From assembly GCF_018350175.1 (NCBI RefSeq), contig NC_058368.1:101248001-101312000 (forward strand): a DNA stretch of 64,000 bases, written 5' to 3'. This document shows, piece by piece, positions 1 to 13,253 of this stretch. The notes below the pieces were generated by a model, which was not told where the DNA came from, ran no database searches, and was given only the letters and a program-made list of their open reading frames with translations. Position 1 is the first letter of the stretch; every line of letters starts with the position of its first letter. Source of the DNA: Felis catus. Lineage: Eukaryota. Position numbers and translations under genes: made by a program.

Positions 1-1212
1 CTTGAGTAATTCAACCCCATAAGGAATGAGTCCTATCTACTCTCAACTTAGCTGTTGATAAGTTAGAAGTCTCATTTTGTGCAGCTGAAATGTTCTTTCA
101 AACTTGGCTGATTTGAACATAAGGTTGTGAAATCCTTTGGACTCAGGCATCATTTACCTTTTTCTTTAGAATAAAATAAGATAGTTAAACATAGCTCACT
201 TTGATAGGAATTGTATCCACGATTGTGTACTTTCATTTGAGATCAACATGGACCGAGGGAATTGCAGGATAATAACTAAGTAAGAATTTGGTGCAAAGCC
301 TCTCTTAAGAAGATGATCTTGGGTTAAGGCCACCCTTCTCCCTGATGGTTATGACAATGTGAAGGGAAGGAACAAGCAAGTGCCTCTTGAATGTGTGATC
401 CGGAATCATTGGGAGGAATAAAGGGGATAGCCTGGTGCGGGTCAGAGCGGCGGGGGGTGCTCAAGAAAGAGAAGCATCTGGTATCAGGCTAGATACATCA
501 ATTTCTAAACCACGTCTCCCCCTCACATTCTCTAAGAAACAGCCATTTCTGCTTCATGACTTGTGTGCCCTCCAGACTGAAGGCAGAGGGCTGGACTCTT
601 TCATCCCCTGAGATCCCTTTACCCTTTAAACCCTGCAAAGCTGACCCTGGCTTCTTTCCCTGTCAATGCCACTGTCAAACACCTGGCAGAGACGGTGCTC
701 TTAGGGGCCTATTTTTTGACTCCCGGGATGGGAGAAAACAGTCACACGTGTTGAACAACGTGTGGGAATGCCTTGGTTTTGTTCGTCTGACTGAGACCTA
801 GAATGGCAGGGGTGGCTGGATGCTGATGCATTTCCGAACGATCCCAGAAGTCTTTGTCCATGTGGCCCTGCTACAGTTTGGGGGGGTTGTAGTTCTTCTT
901 TTCCTCGTCATCCTTGCACTCTTGAGGTGGAGCTTCTCCCAGATGGAACAGAGTCAGAAGCAGTGGCAGCAGGGAGGACCATGGGGTGGCTCCCAGCACA
1001 TTTAGAATATCTCCCAATCCTACTTCCCAACATAGATCCAAGGATTTTTGAAGTCGACGAAATAGACCCCACATGGGGAAGAATTACTGGACAGCCTGAT
1101 CCCTAAGTTCACCATTTTCCTCAGCTCTTCCAGGACCCATCCAAAAGTTTGCCATGCCTGCCCCTTGGTCTTTGCCCATCAAAAATCTCCCCTAACTTGA
1201 AGACCCAATTCA

Positions 1213-2331
1213 TTTATTTTATTTTATTTTTTTAATATAATTTATTGTCAAATTGGCTTACATACAACACCCAGTGCTCCTCCCAACAGGTGCCCTCCTC
1301 AATGCCCATCACCCATTCTCCCCTCTCCCCCAACCCCCATCAACCCTCAGTTCTCTCTATTTAATTAAGAGTCTCTTATGGTTTGCCTCCCTCCCTCTCT
1401 GTTTGTAGCTATTTTTCCCCTCCCCCCCTCCATGGTCTTCTGTTAAGTTTCTCAAGATCCACATATGAGTGAAAACATAAGGTATCTGTCTTTCTCTGAC
1501 TCACTTATTTCGCTCAGCATTGCGAGCTCAGCATAGCCCCCCATTGCTATCCACGTGACTCCAAATGGCAGGATTTCATTCCTTCTCATTGCCAAGTATT
1601 ATTCCGTCGTATATATAAACCACATCTTCTTTATCCATTCGTCAGTTGATGGACATTTAGGCTCTTTCCATAATTTGGCTATTGTTGAAAGTGCTGCTAT
1701 CAACATTGGGGTACCAGTGCCCCTATGCATCAGCACTCCTATATCCCTTGGGTAAATTCCTAGCAGTTCCATTGCTGGGTCCTAGGATAGACCTATTTTG
1801 AATTTTTTGAGGAACCTCCACACTGTTTTCCAGAGCGGCTGCACCAGTTTGCATTCCCACCAACAGTGCAAGAGGGTTCCCGTTTCTCCACATCCTCTCC
1901 AGCATCTATAGTCTCCTGATTTGTTCATTTTAGCTGCTCTGACTGGTGTGAGCTGATATCTCAGTGTGGTTTTGGTTTGTATTTTCCTGATGAGGAGTGA
2001 CGTTGAGCATCGTTTCATGTGTCTGTTGGCCATCTGGATGTCTTCTTTGGAAAAGTGTCTATTCATGTCTTCTGCCCATTTCTTCACTGGATTACTTGTT
2101 TTTTGGGTGTGGAGTTTGGTGAGCTCTTTGTAGATTTTGGATACTAGTCCTTTATGCGATATGTCATTTGCAAATATCTTCTTATTCTGTCTATTGCCTT
2201 TTAGTTTTGTGGATTGTTTCCTTCGCCGTGCAGAAGCTTTTTATCTTGATGAGGTCCCAGTAGTTCATTTTTGCTTTTAATTCTTTTGCCTTTGGAGATG
2301 TGTCCAGTAAGAAATTACTACAGCTGAGGTC
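1213..2331 (-). mobile_element. 5'-truncated feline/carnivore LINE-1 (ORF2 C-terminus, 3' UTR, poly-A)
   Basis: ORF 1782-2087 gives [30 protein letters not shown]...[32 protein letters not shown], the L1 ORF2p Cys-rich domain. T-rich tail at 1213. TSD aagacccaattca (1200-1212) / aagacctaagtca (2332-2344). Confidence 0.95.
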
Positions 2332-3567
2332 AAGACCTAAGTCAAGTTCTCTCTTCTTCTCAAAGCCTTCTGTGATTCCCCACAAGTCAGAAGGAACAGT
2401 TTTCTCTTTTATGTTCTCATTTACATGCCCTGTATTGTACCTTAGGACCTGTGTTGTATTAACCTGCTGGTCTCTATCATGATCCAATAGTATGCTTCAC
2501 CCCCACTGGGTCACCAGTAAGCTTCTGGACAGAAGTGACAATATGGCGTTCAGCTTTGAAACCTGCATGGGGCTCACTGGAACTTATAAACAAGAAGTCA
2601 CTCTGGGTTTATGGAGTTTTAGTACACACGTTCACTTCGCACAGGGGTTTCCAGTGAATTCTTCCAATAATGGGCCTTTGAAGTGAGCTGAGGTTTAGCC
2701 ACCTCTGAATGGTAGCCTAGATGGAACCCGGAAGCCAGAGGGAGTACCCAGTGGCTGGGGGAAGAGTTGGACTCTGAAGTGAATGGATGCTTTTAGCTCC
2801 TTACCTCACCGGTGCGCCTCCAGGCTGTGAAAAATTTTTTCTTTGACATTGTAAGCTCCCAAAGGGTGTGGACCGCGACTCCTCTACTTACATAGGCCAG
2901 TACCCCATGCATAGGGCTACTTAATAAATATGGTTTCATGATGATCACTCTCACAGCGTGAGTCTGGGGTGCACATGGTGTGCCCCAAGAAGCTGACTCC
3001 TGGCCGTGGCCTGCCAGACAACAGCACACAGACTGCGCATAGTAAATAATCTTTAATGAATGTCCCTTCTAGGCACTGTGACCCTGCACCAGCTTTTGTG
3101 GGAAGTAGTAGGAAAACAGAAGTTATGGTTCCTCCCTCGAACCTTCTCAGGGTCTGATATAAATCTTCATCCAAGGATTTGCAGAAAATGAGGCCAGAGT
3201 CGAAGAAATATATGTCTAGGCAGGAAAGATTTTAATCAAGATTGCAAAAATCCACACGGTCCGTCGCGGGAGTCTTTGAGCCAACGACGTTTGCTGCCTC
3301 ATTGTGACTTAGGCAAGTCGACACCTGCAGTGAAGAGTCACTGGCATATATGTATTTAAGCTTATTTGTCAGAAGAATAGCATCTGGAAAGCAGTGTCTT
3401 TTTCTATGAGTTCGGTTCTTTCGCCAAAACACCCCACAACAGTGGCAGGAGTCTCTGTGTTTCTGCCATAAGTATCTCCGTCAAAATCTACTAAGTTCTG
3501 CTTTAAAAAGAAAACTCACAGAAGTAAAAAACATTGTTTGCTTCTTGTGCTCAGAAAGGCTATGTTC

Positions 3568-3735
3568 GGGGCACCTGTGTGGCTCAGTCGGTTAAGCGTC
3601 CGACTTCGGCTCAGGTCATGATCTCACAGTTCATGAGTTCAAGCCCCACGCTGGGCTCTGCTCTGACAGCTCAGAGCCTGGAGCCTGTTTCCGATTCTGT
3701 GTCTCCCTCTCTCTCTGCCCCTCCCCCTGCTCACG

Positions 3736-3766
<31 letters not shown>

Positions 3767-3799
3767 AAAAAAATATTTTTAAAAAATTTTAAAAAAGAA
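3568..3799 (+). mobile_element. CanSINE (feline SINEC)
   Basis: tRNA-derived head GGGGCACCTG..GGCTCAGTCGG, (CT)n, A tail. TSD agaaaggc(t/c)atgt. Confidence 0.95.
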
Positions 3800-4220
3800 A
3801 GAAAGGCCATGTCCCCCCTGTCTACCTGACTGTTTGGGAAGAGTGAATATATGATTTTTCTCTGTTGTGTCATCACAAGTGAGTCTCCTCCAAAAGGAAG
3901 CCAAACAGGATTTTCTGTCTTCTTCCGTAACGTTATACTTCAGCGCTGTTCAAGGGCCTTCGTGTTTTATGGGTGAATTTAGAATTCAGAATCTCTGGAA
4001 ACATTTGTTAACCTGGGGGGCAGGAACACACGAAGAAATTTTCTAATGTATCTACCCTATGTCCTGGTCGCAGCATGCATTGTTGTTCTTCCAAAAATGC
4101 CGTCGTGTCTCCTATATTGTCTTTAAGCCTCTCGGGTGAGCTCTGAAATTCTGCGATGCACCGTGCCGTGTGCTTTGTATTCGTGAGCTTCCTTTCTCCG
4201 ACAGTAACCCTTCAGACAGG

Positions 4221-4708
4221 TGTAGTGGGCATTCTTTGTGACCAACCAGCATCTGAACTCCCTTGCCCTTGGAGTGTTTCCCAGCCTGAGGTCTGAGCAG
4301 GGGCAGAGATTCACTTCTTCCTTCTATAGAAGCTGAAAATGTACTTTTCCAGCTTCCCCTGCAGTTGGGACACAGACAAGGGGTTTAAACTCCATCGGGC
4401 AGATGTACCTGTTCTGGACTTGAATTAAGGAGCTAATGGCAAAAAAAGGAACAGGTACTGCCTGAGACATCTTCTATTCGAGAGAACCACGCCCAGATTC
4501 CAATAACAGAAGTGGCTCAGTAGCCAGGCGGCAATGGGTCAGTGGTGGCATCTTCGTGGGACCAGTGTGAGGCATGACTTTGGACACAGATCTTGGCTGT
4601 GCAGGCTGGGGCATGTACAACTTCTCAATACCCTTAATGCAATCCCTTTCTGCTTACGTTGTCCAGTGTTGGTGTCTGTTGCTGAAACTAGGAATCTTAA
4701 CTGAGACA
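4221..4708 (+). mobile_element. Solo ERVL-type LTR (LTR33/LTR16-like)
   Basis: Starts TGTAGTGG, ends ..tctgttgctgaaactaggaatcttaactgagaCA, a typical ERVL LTR 3' end. Flanked by cagg/cagg. Confidence 0.7.
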
Positions 4709-4737
4709 CAGGTACTGTTATTAACTATTGTTATAAT

Positions 4738-4880
4738 TATTATTAACCCTGCTTACAGATATAAATTCTGAGGCTACAGATGTTAAGTAACTTGCCTGAG
4801 GTCTAACAGCTAACAAGAGGTAGACCTTGGATTCAAAGAGAAGTTTGCCTGACCTCGGAGTCCTTGCCCTTGATGTCCAC
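4738..4880 (-). mobile_element. MIR fragment
   Basis: ttacagat..ctgaggctacagatgttaagtaacttgcctgaggtc matches the MIR core, reverse orientation. Confidence 0.75.
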
Positions 4881-5931
4881 CTCACTGTATCCCTGGGATA
4901 GTATGCATGGCCACGGAACATTCTAGACCTCACAGTATTGCAAGTGTCTGCAGGACGGTAGGGCAGATGCCCTCTATGCGATCTGGACTTCACACTTCAG
5001 AGCACAAGAACTGACACTTTCCAGGCCCTCATGTACTTGATCGGTGTCATCCTATTGGTACTCGGAGAGGTAAGCATTGTTACCTCCATTTTATAGCTGT
5101 GAAAACCAAGGATAAGTAACTAAGCTTGTTTCTTGCCCAAGGTTCCATGCTCAGTTCCAGGTGATTCTGATACAGTGAGCACCTCCCCCTCTGGTGTCTG
5201 CTCACAAATCCTAGATCCATACTGACTACAAATGATGGCGCTTTTTGTCTGTCTGCTTCATCTCACATAATAATGTGGAAAAAAGGACGTCATCATCGAA
5301 GGTTTGGGGACTAGAGATTCTTTTGTCCTGATTTAATATTCTTGATCCATCATTTCGGCCGTTTGATAATGTGGTTCCGTTTTCCAAGTGGAAATATTTT
5401 CTGCTGTTCAACAACAATTCATTTCCTATGTTTGCCATGAGACCAGATTCCAATTATATATGTGTTTGCCATGTGAGAAGCTGGTTGTCCAGCACTATTT
5501 AACGGATAGCCTGTTCTTTACCCACTAACTTGACCTGGCCCTCCCGTCATGCCCCAGGTTGCCGTGTAAGTCATATGCCCATCTCTGAATAGTTAAAGCT
5601 ATACACTCTGTCCCCCAGATTTTGATTTTTTTTTCAAGTCTAAATATTTCATAATGTCTGTTTGATTTTGACCATGAATTACTTAGAAGTCAGGTTTTTA
5701 ATTTGCCGAAAGTCTGTATTTGTGATGCGTTTAAGTGTATTATTGAGATGGCCAAAGATCAGAATTTATTATTGTGTAAATGTTCTTTTGATTTTGATTT
5801 CTAGTTGTGTTACCCTGGGGTATGAGAGGGTGATCTGTTTGACATGGTGCTGCTCTGTCCATTACAGTAGTCACTTGTGACATGTGGCTAATAAACATTT
5901 GGAGCTAGTCCAAATTGAGATATTTGCCATA

Positions 5932-6107
5932 ACATGAGTGGGGGAGGGGCAGAGATGAGGGAGAGAGGGAATCCCAAGCAGGCTCAGTGCTCAGCATGGA
6001 GCCTGACATGTGGCTGTATCTCAAGACCGTGAGATCATGACCTCAGCCGCATTCAGGAGTCAGACACTTAACCCACTGAGCCTGAGACCGAACCACCCAG
6101 GCACCCC
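5932..6107 (-). mobile_element. CanSINE, tail missing
   Basis: Ends ccacccaggcacccc; body present but no T tail. Confidence 0.9.
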
Positions 6108-6121
6108 TTATTTTCACATTT

Positions 6122-6296
6122 GAAAAAAATGCTTATTTTTGTGAGAGAGAGCGAGTGGGGGAGGGGCAGAGAGAGAGAGGGAAACAGAGGATCTGAAGCA
6201 GGCTCTGTGCTGTGAATGGGGCTCGAAGTCATGAACCCTCAGATCATGACCTGGGCTGAAGTCTGATGCTTAACTGACGGAGCCACCCAGGCACCC
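6122..6296 (-). mobile_element. CanSINE
   Basis: gagagaga..ggggcagagag..gagccacccaggcaccc. Confidence 0.9.
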
Positions 6297-6384
6297 TCTT
6301 TTCGCATTTTTAAATATGGCTACTAGAAACTCTAAGCTTACATATATGGCTCACATTATGTTTGCGTTGAACAGCGCTGATACG

Positions 6385-6780
6385 GATTTTTTTATATTTT
6401 TGACGTTTGGCTTGTGGCTTGGCATTTGGTCCATTTTTGCAAATATCCCGTTGTACTTGAAAGGAATACAGACTGTCGGCAGGTACTGGGCTCTCTACAA
6501 GTTCATTAGCTCAAGCCTGTTAACTGAATTGTTCCTCTCTCATATCTCAAATATCCTGACTAACTTTTTGCTTCCTTTGTCTATCAGGTTCTAAGAGTAG
6601 AATGTTAAAACCCTCCAGTGGAAATGTGCGTTTCCTAATTTCATCTTGCACTGTGGTCCATTTTTGCTGCCCGTATTTTGAGGTTGTCTTGTAGGTGCAT
6701 ATGTTGTATTTCACATCTGCAGGTTGTGGTATCTTCTGGGTGATTTCCGCCCCCTCCCTACATTTCTTGATATTTCTGTT
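6385..6780 (-). mobile_element. Old L1M ORF2 fragment
   Basis: Degenerate antisense L1 ORF2-like text (tggtccatttttgcaaatatccc..tacttgaaaggaat). Confidence 0.55.
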
Positions 6781-7217
6781 CTTTTAGAGGCTATTCAAAA
6801 TGTTCACATGTGATCTCTGCAGTTAGTCAACACTGGTGTCTTCTTCCCATGCCTCTTGAGAGCCTCAGGTTGCTGAATCTCATGTCAGTACGGGTCCCTA
6901 CCTCATCCTCCCTATGACTGCTTTCCCCAGCCTTTGAATGCCACTCTGTCGTTCAGACATTCAGAATTAGACGTTGTATCGCTGTTTTTAGTGTAGTTAA
7001 TGCCCATGCATGCCTGGGTTAAAACTTTTACATCTTCCTCCTCAATCCTTCCTTCTGTATTCAATTTTCGTCTTACTGAAGACAACCCTCAGGGGTTCTG
7101 TGACTGTCCTGTGACTGCTGAGCTCTTGATCACTATCTGAAATATTATTATGTTATCTTTAGCCAGATATTGTGTTTCCAGATGATTATTCTTCCAAAGG
7201 GAAGGGGAAGCAATTGC

Positions 7218-7809
7218 TCTGGTAGACAGAATAACGACTCCCCAAAGATGTCCATGGCCACATCCTAATCCTTGGAACCTGTGAATGTATTTTATATGGC
7301 ATGGGGACTTTGCAGATCCGATTAGGATTTCTAGACACGGAGATCAGCCTGAGTGTCCAAGTGGGCCTGGTGTCATCACAAGGGTTGTGGTAAACCTCTG
7401 GTAAGAGGAAGGCAGGATAGGAGGAAGCAGGCAAGGGAACGTGATGATGGAAGCAAGGGGTGTGTGTCTGTGACTGTGAGCAAGGAAGGGAGGAGGGGGG
7501 GGATAGAGGGGAAGGAGATGAAGAGATGGAGTAAGAAAGAGAGAGGCCAAGAGAGACAGGTTACACGATGCTGCTCTGTTGGGCTTGGACGATTGAGGAG
7601 GGGCCACAAACCATGAAGGCAGGAAGCTTTCAGATGGTGGAAATGGCCAGGAAATGGATTCAGCCCTAGAGCCTCCAGTCGGAACCTGTAGCCCACTTAG
7701 ACCGATTTCCGATGTCTGAACTCCCGAACTGTAAAGATAGTAGATGTGTGTTGTTTTAAGCCATTAAGTTTATGGGAATTTGTTATAGCAGCTGTAGAAA
7801 ATGAATAGA
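7218..7809 (+). mobile_element. MaLR solo LTR (MLT1D-like)
   Basis: ggtagacagaataa..cccaaagatgtcca..cctaatccttggaacctgtgaat..gactttgcagat; 3' end tgttgttttaagcca..aatttgttatagcagc. Confidence 0.9.
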
Positions 7810-7952
7810 ACTACTATAGACTGCATTATGGTAAAAAGGAAAATGGGCAGATTGGGTTCAACATAATGAGGCCACAGAGGCTATAATTAGTGAGCTCATT
7901 ATCACAAGGTTATTTCAGTTTAAAGATAAGATTCTGACCTTTTATCTTACAG

Positions 7953-8180
7953 TTTTTTTTTTTAATTTTTTTTTTCAACGTTTATTTTTTTGGGGGGGAC
8001 AGAGAGAGACAGAGCATGAACGGGGGAGGGGCAGAGAGAGAGGGAGACACAGAACCGGAAACAGGCTCCAGGCTCCGAGCCATCAGCCCAGAGCCCGACG
8101 TGGGGCTCGAACTCACGGACCACGAGATCGTGACCTGGCTGAAGTCGGACGCTTAACCGACTGCGCCACCCAGGCGCCCC
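7953..8180 (-). mobile_element. Young feline CanSINE (SINEC_Fc-like)
   Basis: Near-identical to other young copies. TSD cttacagtttttt. Confidence 0.97.
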
Positions 8181-9056
8181 CTTACAGTTTTTTAATAGCC
8201 TGCTCTGTTTGCTTATTTACCTCCCAGCCACCTGCAAAAATGTCTGAAGTAAAGTTGGAGCTTTATAAATATTTGAGGCATGTGTTGAAAATAGGAATGA
8301 ATGAATAGTAAGTTTTCTGTGATTGCAATGGCTGTTCCTTGGTAGGTAATGTGTCTTTCTCTTCTGGGTATTTTTTAAACTGTCTTTGGGATTTTGCTGT
8401 GGCCTCTGGTATGCCTAGATATATAGTGGCTCTTTTTATCCTGCTTGCCTCATTTCTTTCCTAACACATGGATTCATGTCTTTCCTCCATTTTCAGAAAA
8501 TCTTGCAGCTTTTTTTCAGCCATATCAGCTCTAGAAGAATGAGATACTTTTTCTTGCTATTTAAAATAATCCTTAAAATACCTGCATCATTTTATTTGGA
8601 AAAATATGTGTTTTTTTTAAACAAACTTAAGCGGGAAATGCCAAGACCACCGAAGCCTACGTCACAACCTCCTCTGTCGTAGTCTAGAGTTAAAATGAAC
8701 AGACACGATTGCCTGCCACAGGGAATACATAGATTTCCCTAAAACATTCATGGTCTCAAGGCTGCCATCTTTGGAAACAGGAAAAACAAACAAAGAAACA
8801 AACCAACCAACCTTCTGAGTATTCCAGGAAGGTTCTTCACTTTTGCTAGGAAACTAAGTTCAAGGAAACTATTTTATAATCTTATTTATCTAATTGAAGA
8901 CTGATAGCTCCCCTGGTACTCAGCCTTCTTTAAAGCTCTTCTGGGGGTCTATTCCCATTCTCCTGACTTTCTGCAGTAACTACTGATGAAACACTGGGCG
9001 CTCGTTTTCCGCTAACTCTAATGGTAACAGCTGTTCTGTTGGAAGTGTTCAGGGCT

Positions 9057-9282
9057 GGGGCACCTGGATGGCTCATTTGGTCAAGTGTCTGACTCTTGGT
9101 TTTGGCTCAGGTGCTGATCTCACGGTGTCGTGGTTCTGAGCCCCACATCGGGCTCCGCGCTAACAGCGCAGAGCCTGCTTGGGATTCTCTGTCTCCCTCT
9201 CTCTCTGCCCCTCCCCTGCTCCCCCACTCACGCTCTCTCTTTCTCTCTCTCTCAAAATAAATAAGTAAACTTAAAAAAAAAA
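9057..9282 (+). mobile_element. CanSINE
   Basis: Head, CT tract, tail. TSD gtt(g/a)gaa..ttcagggct. Confidence 0.95.
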
Positions 9283-9445
9283 GTTAGAAACTTTCAGGGC
9301 TTATGACAATTTAGTTCCACATGCCCGGTCTTTCTACTGTCTTTCTCAAACTTGTATGCAGGTTGGACTTCTGCTTCTTTTTCCACGTGCTTCTGAATCT
9401 CTCCCTTTTATTTTTTGTTTCCTTTCATTTTTAAAACCTCTCTGA

Positions 9446-9672
9446 GGGGCGCCTGGGTGGCTCAGTCGGTTGAGCGTCCGACTTCAGCTCAGGTCACGAT
9501 CTCGCGGTCCGTGAGTTCGAGCCCCGCGTCGGGCTCTGGGCTGATGGCTCAGAGACTGGAGCTTGCTTCCGGTTCTGTGTCTCCCTCTCTCTCTGCCCCT
9601 CCCCCGTTCATGCTCTGTCTCTCTCTGTCTCAAAAATAAATAAATATTAAAAAAATTAAAAAAAAATAAAAT
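9446..9672 (+). mobile_element. Feline CanSINE
   Basis: TSD aaaacctctctga. Confidence 0.97.
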
Positions 9673-10279
9673 AAAACCTCTCTGAGCTACTCTGTAGGTA
9701 ATTGCCCCAAATATGTCTTTTTTATTAGTGCTTTTTTTTTGTTTTATAGCAGTGGCCCGTCTGGTTTAATTTTTAATTTCAGTACCGACGTTTTTATTTC
9801 TGAAAGTTCCAGTTGGCTTTGTTCAAAATCTTTTAGTTAATTCAATTGTATCCTATTATTTCTTCCTGGTTTCTCCTTCCTTCCTTTATTTCCTTAACCA
9901 TTTTAAAGTATATTTTAATTACTTTAACATGTTGGAGGTCTATCCTATTAGTTATGTCTGCTGACTCTTAGTTATTGTAGATTATTTTCTCATTGCTTTG
10001 TAACTTTTTCAGAGGGACTCATGATTAGTAGGGATTTTTTTTAAGGGAATACAATGCACTCTAGATTATGGAAGTATCCTTATAAAGCTGTTTGCTTCTG
10101 TGGGGTGTTCTTAGAACAGCTTTTACACTAAATTTTCAGATTAATATTCCCTGATACATCGTGATATAAAATCAGACAGTATTTGCCATTGACCTAGGCT
10201 TCAAGTTTCTCTTTTTTACTGGGAGACATTTGAGCTTTCTAACTGATTCCTTTTGTCCCTGGAAAGAAGGTTTTGTATT

Positions 10280-10467
10280 GTTTCATTTGTTTTATGTTTA
10301 TTTATTTATTTTGACAGGGAGAGAAAGAGAGGGGCAGAGAGAGGGATAGAGAGGGAATCCCAAGCATGCTGTGCACTGTCAGTGCACATGTGGGGCTCAA
10401 TCCCACCAACTTTGACATCAAGACTTGAGCTGAAATCAAGCTTAACCAACTGAGCCACCCAGATGCT
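10280..10467 (-). mobile_element. Diverged CanSINE
   Basis: gaatcccaagca..cttaaccaactgagccacccag. Confidence 0.9.
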
Positions 10468-11250
10468 GTTATTTCTTCTTTTTTTCTTTTTTAAATAGAG
10501 GGACATTCCTTTGAGGGATCCCTGCTTTATAAAGGGTTCTCACTAATTGTTGTTCAATTCATAGAGACTAATGCATGGGCTTTAAAAGCTCATCCTAACA
10601 TTTGGCATCTACAGCCAGATACAATATTTTTCCAAGTCACCATGGTATCAAATCAAGCACACTAGGCTGGTACCTGACTGGCATAAGAGGAAATTCTTAT
10701 ATGAAATAGGGGATGGAAGAGTTGTCATTTCGTCAATATTCTTGCTCAGGCTTGAATTTCTGTCTGATAAATTGGATTATTTATGGTGGCTAAAAGAACG
10801 AATAATACATTCCATATTGATGTGAACCTAAGGACACATAGGAAAAAATGTGTTTATCTTGGGGTTGGGTTCAAGAGTCTTCTTAGTGTCTTGAGCCCAT
10901 GACCCAACAGCATAGAGCCTGTGACACTGGAGAAATGTCAATATAGTCAAAGATCTAATGTTAACAATAATATAACTATAATCTTTCCCCACCCTTTGGA
11001 AGAACCTCCTTGCTCAAAATCTCAAAGCTGAGCTGTTCCCATCGGCCATTGTCTTGAATGTGAACTTGAAGGTTCTTTTAAATTCCTCTGCCATTTCTTT
11101 CTAGCCCACGTAGTCACTAAAGTTCTGAGTAGTCTGCACAAAGTTGTCTTTTCTTTTTTCTTTTCTTTTCTTTTGGCTCCTATTAAAAGACTATGATTTT
11201 TTTTGGATTCATTATAAGATCAGATTTTTTCTTTTTCCTTTCTTTTTCTT

Positions 11251-11306
11251 TTCCTTCCTTCCTTCCTTCCTTCCTTCCTTCCTTCCTTCCTTCCTTCCTT
11301 CCTTCC
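11251..11306. repeat. (TTCC)14 microsatellite
   Basis: Read directly. Confidence 0.97.
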
Positions 11307-12433
11307 TTCTTTCATTCCTCCCTTTTTGTTCTGCTGAAATTCTGAACCTGGTGTCTGGGTGTAACTAAATTACTGGCAACAAATTGGGAAATAAGTCATT
11401 GGAAATCCCTCTCAGCAGCCATTGGACACATCTTCCCCTAGATTCTCTAGATTTAGTTTTCTGTTATGAGATAGTTTTTCCTAAATGTTCTTTTACTGTG
11501 TTTTACAACATTATCTGTTTTCATAAAATGAAAGAAAAAATTATTCAGCTGAGCGATATCCCTATGACTCCTGCTATTTGTTTCAAAGAGCAACAATTTA
11601 ATAAAGTAGTGATGGCAGAAACTAAGTCCATTGGCTTTCACTTTTCCTAGCTAAATGTAAATACTCTTACTCTAATTATAACAGAGAGGTCATTCCTAAG
11701 GAATTACTAACCTTTAAATGATATGAGATAATTATTCTCAAGAGAATCGAACAAATTTGTAAGACAAATATAGTTGAAATTTCAGACATCAATCTCTTTT
11801 TTACCATAGCCTGGGAACAAGGGAACTATGAAATATAATTTTACCCCAAGGTCCAACAAATAGACTGCATGAAAATGATTCCCTGGCCTGCCAACAAAGG
11901 AAAAAAAAAAAGGAAAAGAAAAAAACCCTTTATTTTGGTGCATAGCCTAATACTTGTGCAGGGTGTTTTTTTGTTTAAATAATAAAAATTCCCTGGAGGA
12001 GAAAAATACGTCTCTTCCAAATGAAGAATTTTAAAAATAAATTTATGTGTGTATTTTAGGAACCATTTGCTTTGCGCTAGTCAACCATTGTGACTTCGTG
12101 TTGAGTCATTTCACTGTGTAACCAATAGAATATTGGACTGGTCTTCTCATTTAGAGTAGCATTGGGCTTGCTGAGTCTCTCCCAATTTGCCACTAAAACG
12201 TACACTGGAAGAGACAATGAAGGCTTTGGAAGAGGTGAAACATACACTATCCTCAGACAGTGGAAATCACAGTCCACAGACCAAATCTGAGAGGCATTTC
12301 CTTTAGATTCAAGACTAATTATCCTAGACTTAAAGATGAATAGTCCACCTCGACAAACAGTGGTAGTGCAAAGAGAAAAAAAAAATGTCCCTCAGTACCC
12401 ACCTCAGAATCTTGGAAGGGAACCCATTTATGG

Positions 12434-12738
12434 CAAATATTTCCCAAACTGGAGCGTCTAGTATCTTAATCCCTACGGTATGTCCCTTTTAGGAACAGGC
12501 ACATGGTCACAAGTGTGGGCACTCCTGCAAAACACATCTCTTTTTGGAGATGAGAAAGCAAGTTAGCATTATTAAGTTTGTGAGAATTCTTGCAGAATAA
12601 AAACGTCTTTAATTCTGTTTAACTTAGAATTTCTGAAAGGCGTTTTTCACACAGGCCTCTATTTTTTTTTTCCCTGTGTAATAAAACCTTAACATCCTAT
12701 AACACCAGTGTTCCAAGGAGTATGATTTGAGAATGCTC
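12434..12738. mobile_element. hAT-Charlie MITE (MER5C-like)
   Basis: Ends atttcccaaact.. and ..cagtgttcc..tttgagaatgct; internal ttaattctgtttaac. Confidence 0.55.
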
Positions 12739-13040
12739 CCTGGATACATAGGTGCATAGGTTATGCTTTTGAAATGCCAGAATATCATTTCCCTTCCTTT
12801 CATTTTATGTCAAGTTTGAGACAAAATTCTTTAAAAATAACTGAATAAGTATCAGGGGATATTGTGGTAGAAAAAAGCCCTAAGAATAGAGGAGACGAAG
12901 ATAAAAATAAAGCAGTACGTAATGAAGATGAAGAGTAGTAAATTATACAAGGATTTTAAAGGGTCGTATATTCACATAACCAGCAAATACAACTTAAATG
13001 CAAATAATACGGGAAAAATTTTAACTAAGCCAAGTTATTC

Positions 13041-13253
13041 TTTTTTTTTAATGTTGATTTATTTTTTGATAGAGAGACAGAGTGCAAGAAGGAAGGGGGC
13101 AGAGAGAGAGAGAGGGAGACACAGAATCAGAAGCAGGCTCCAGGTTATGAGCTGTCAGCACAGATCCCAACACGGAACCCAAACTCATGAACCGTGAAAA
13201 CATAACCTGAGCCAAAGTCGGACACTTAACCAACTGAGCCACCCAGGCGCCCC
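13041..13253 (-). mobile_element. CanSINE
   Basis: TSD actaag..aagttattct. Confidence 0.95.

Larger units (their letters stand above)
5850..6379 (-). mobile_element. MER33-like hAT-Charlie MITE, interrupted by two SINEs and internally deleted
   Basis: Reverse complement of 6300-6379 (cagcgctgttcaac..aatgtgagccatatatgtaa..ttctagtagcca) resembles the MER33 5' end; 5850-5930 resembles its 3' end. Confidence 0.75.

Noticed and set aside
1782..2087. ORF with a Cys/His motif
   Set aside because: L1 ORF2p C-terminal fragment of a truncated element, not a host gene.
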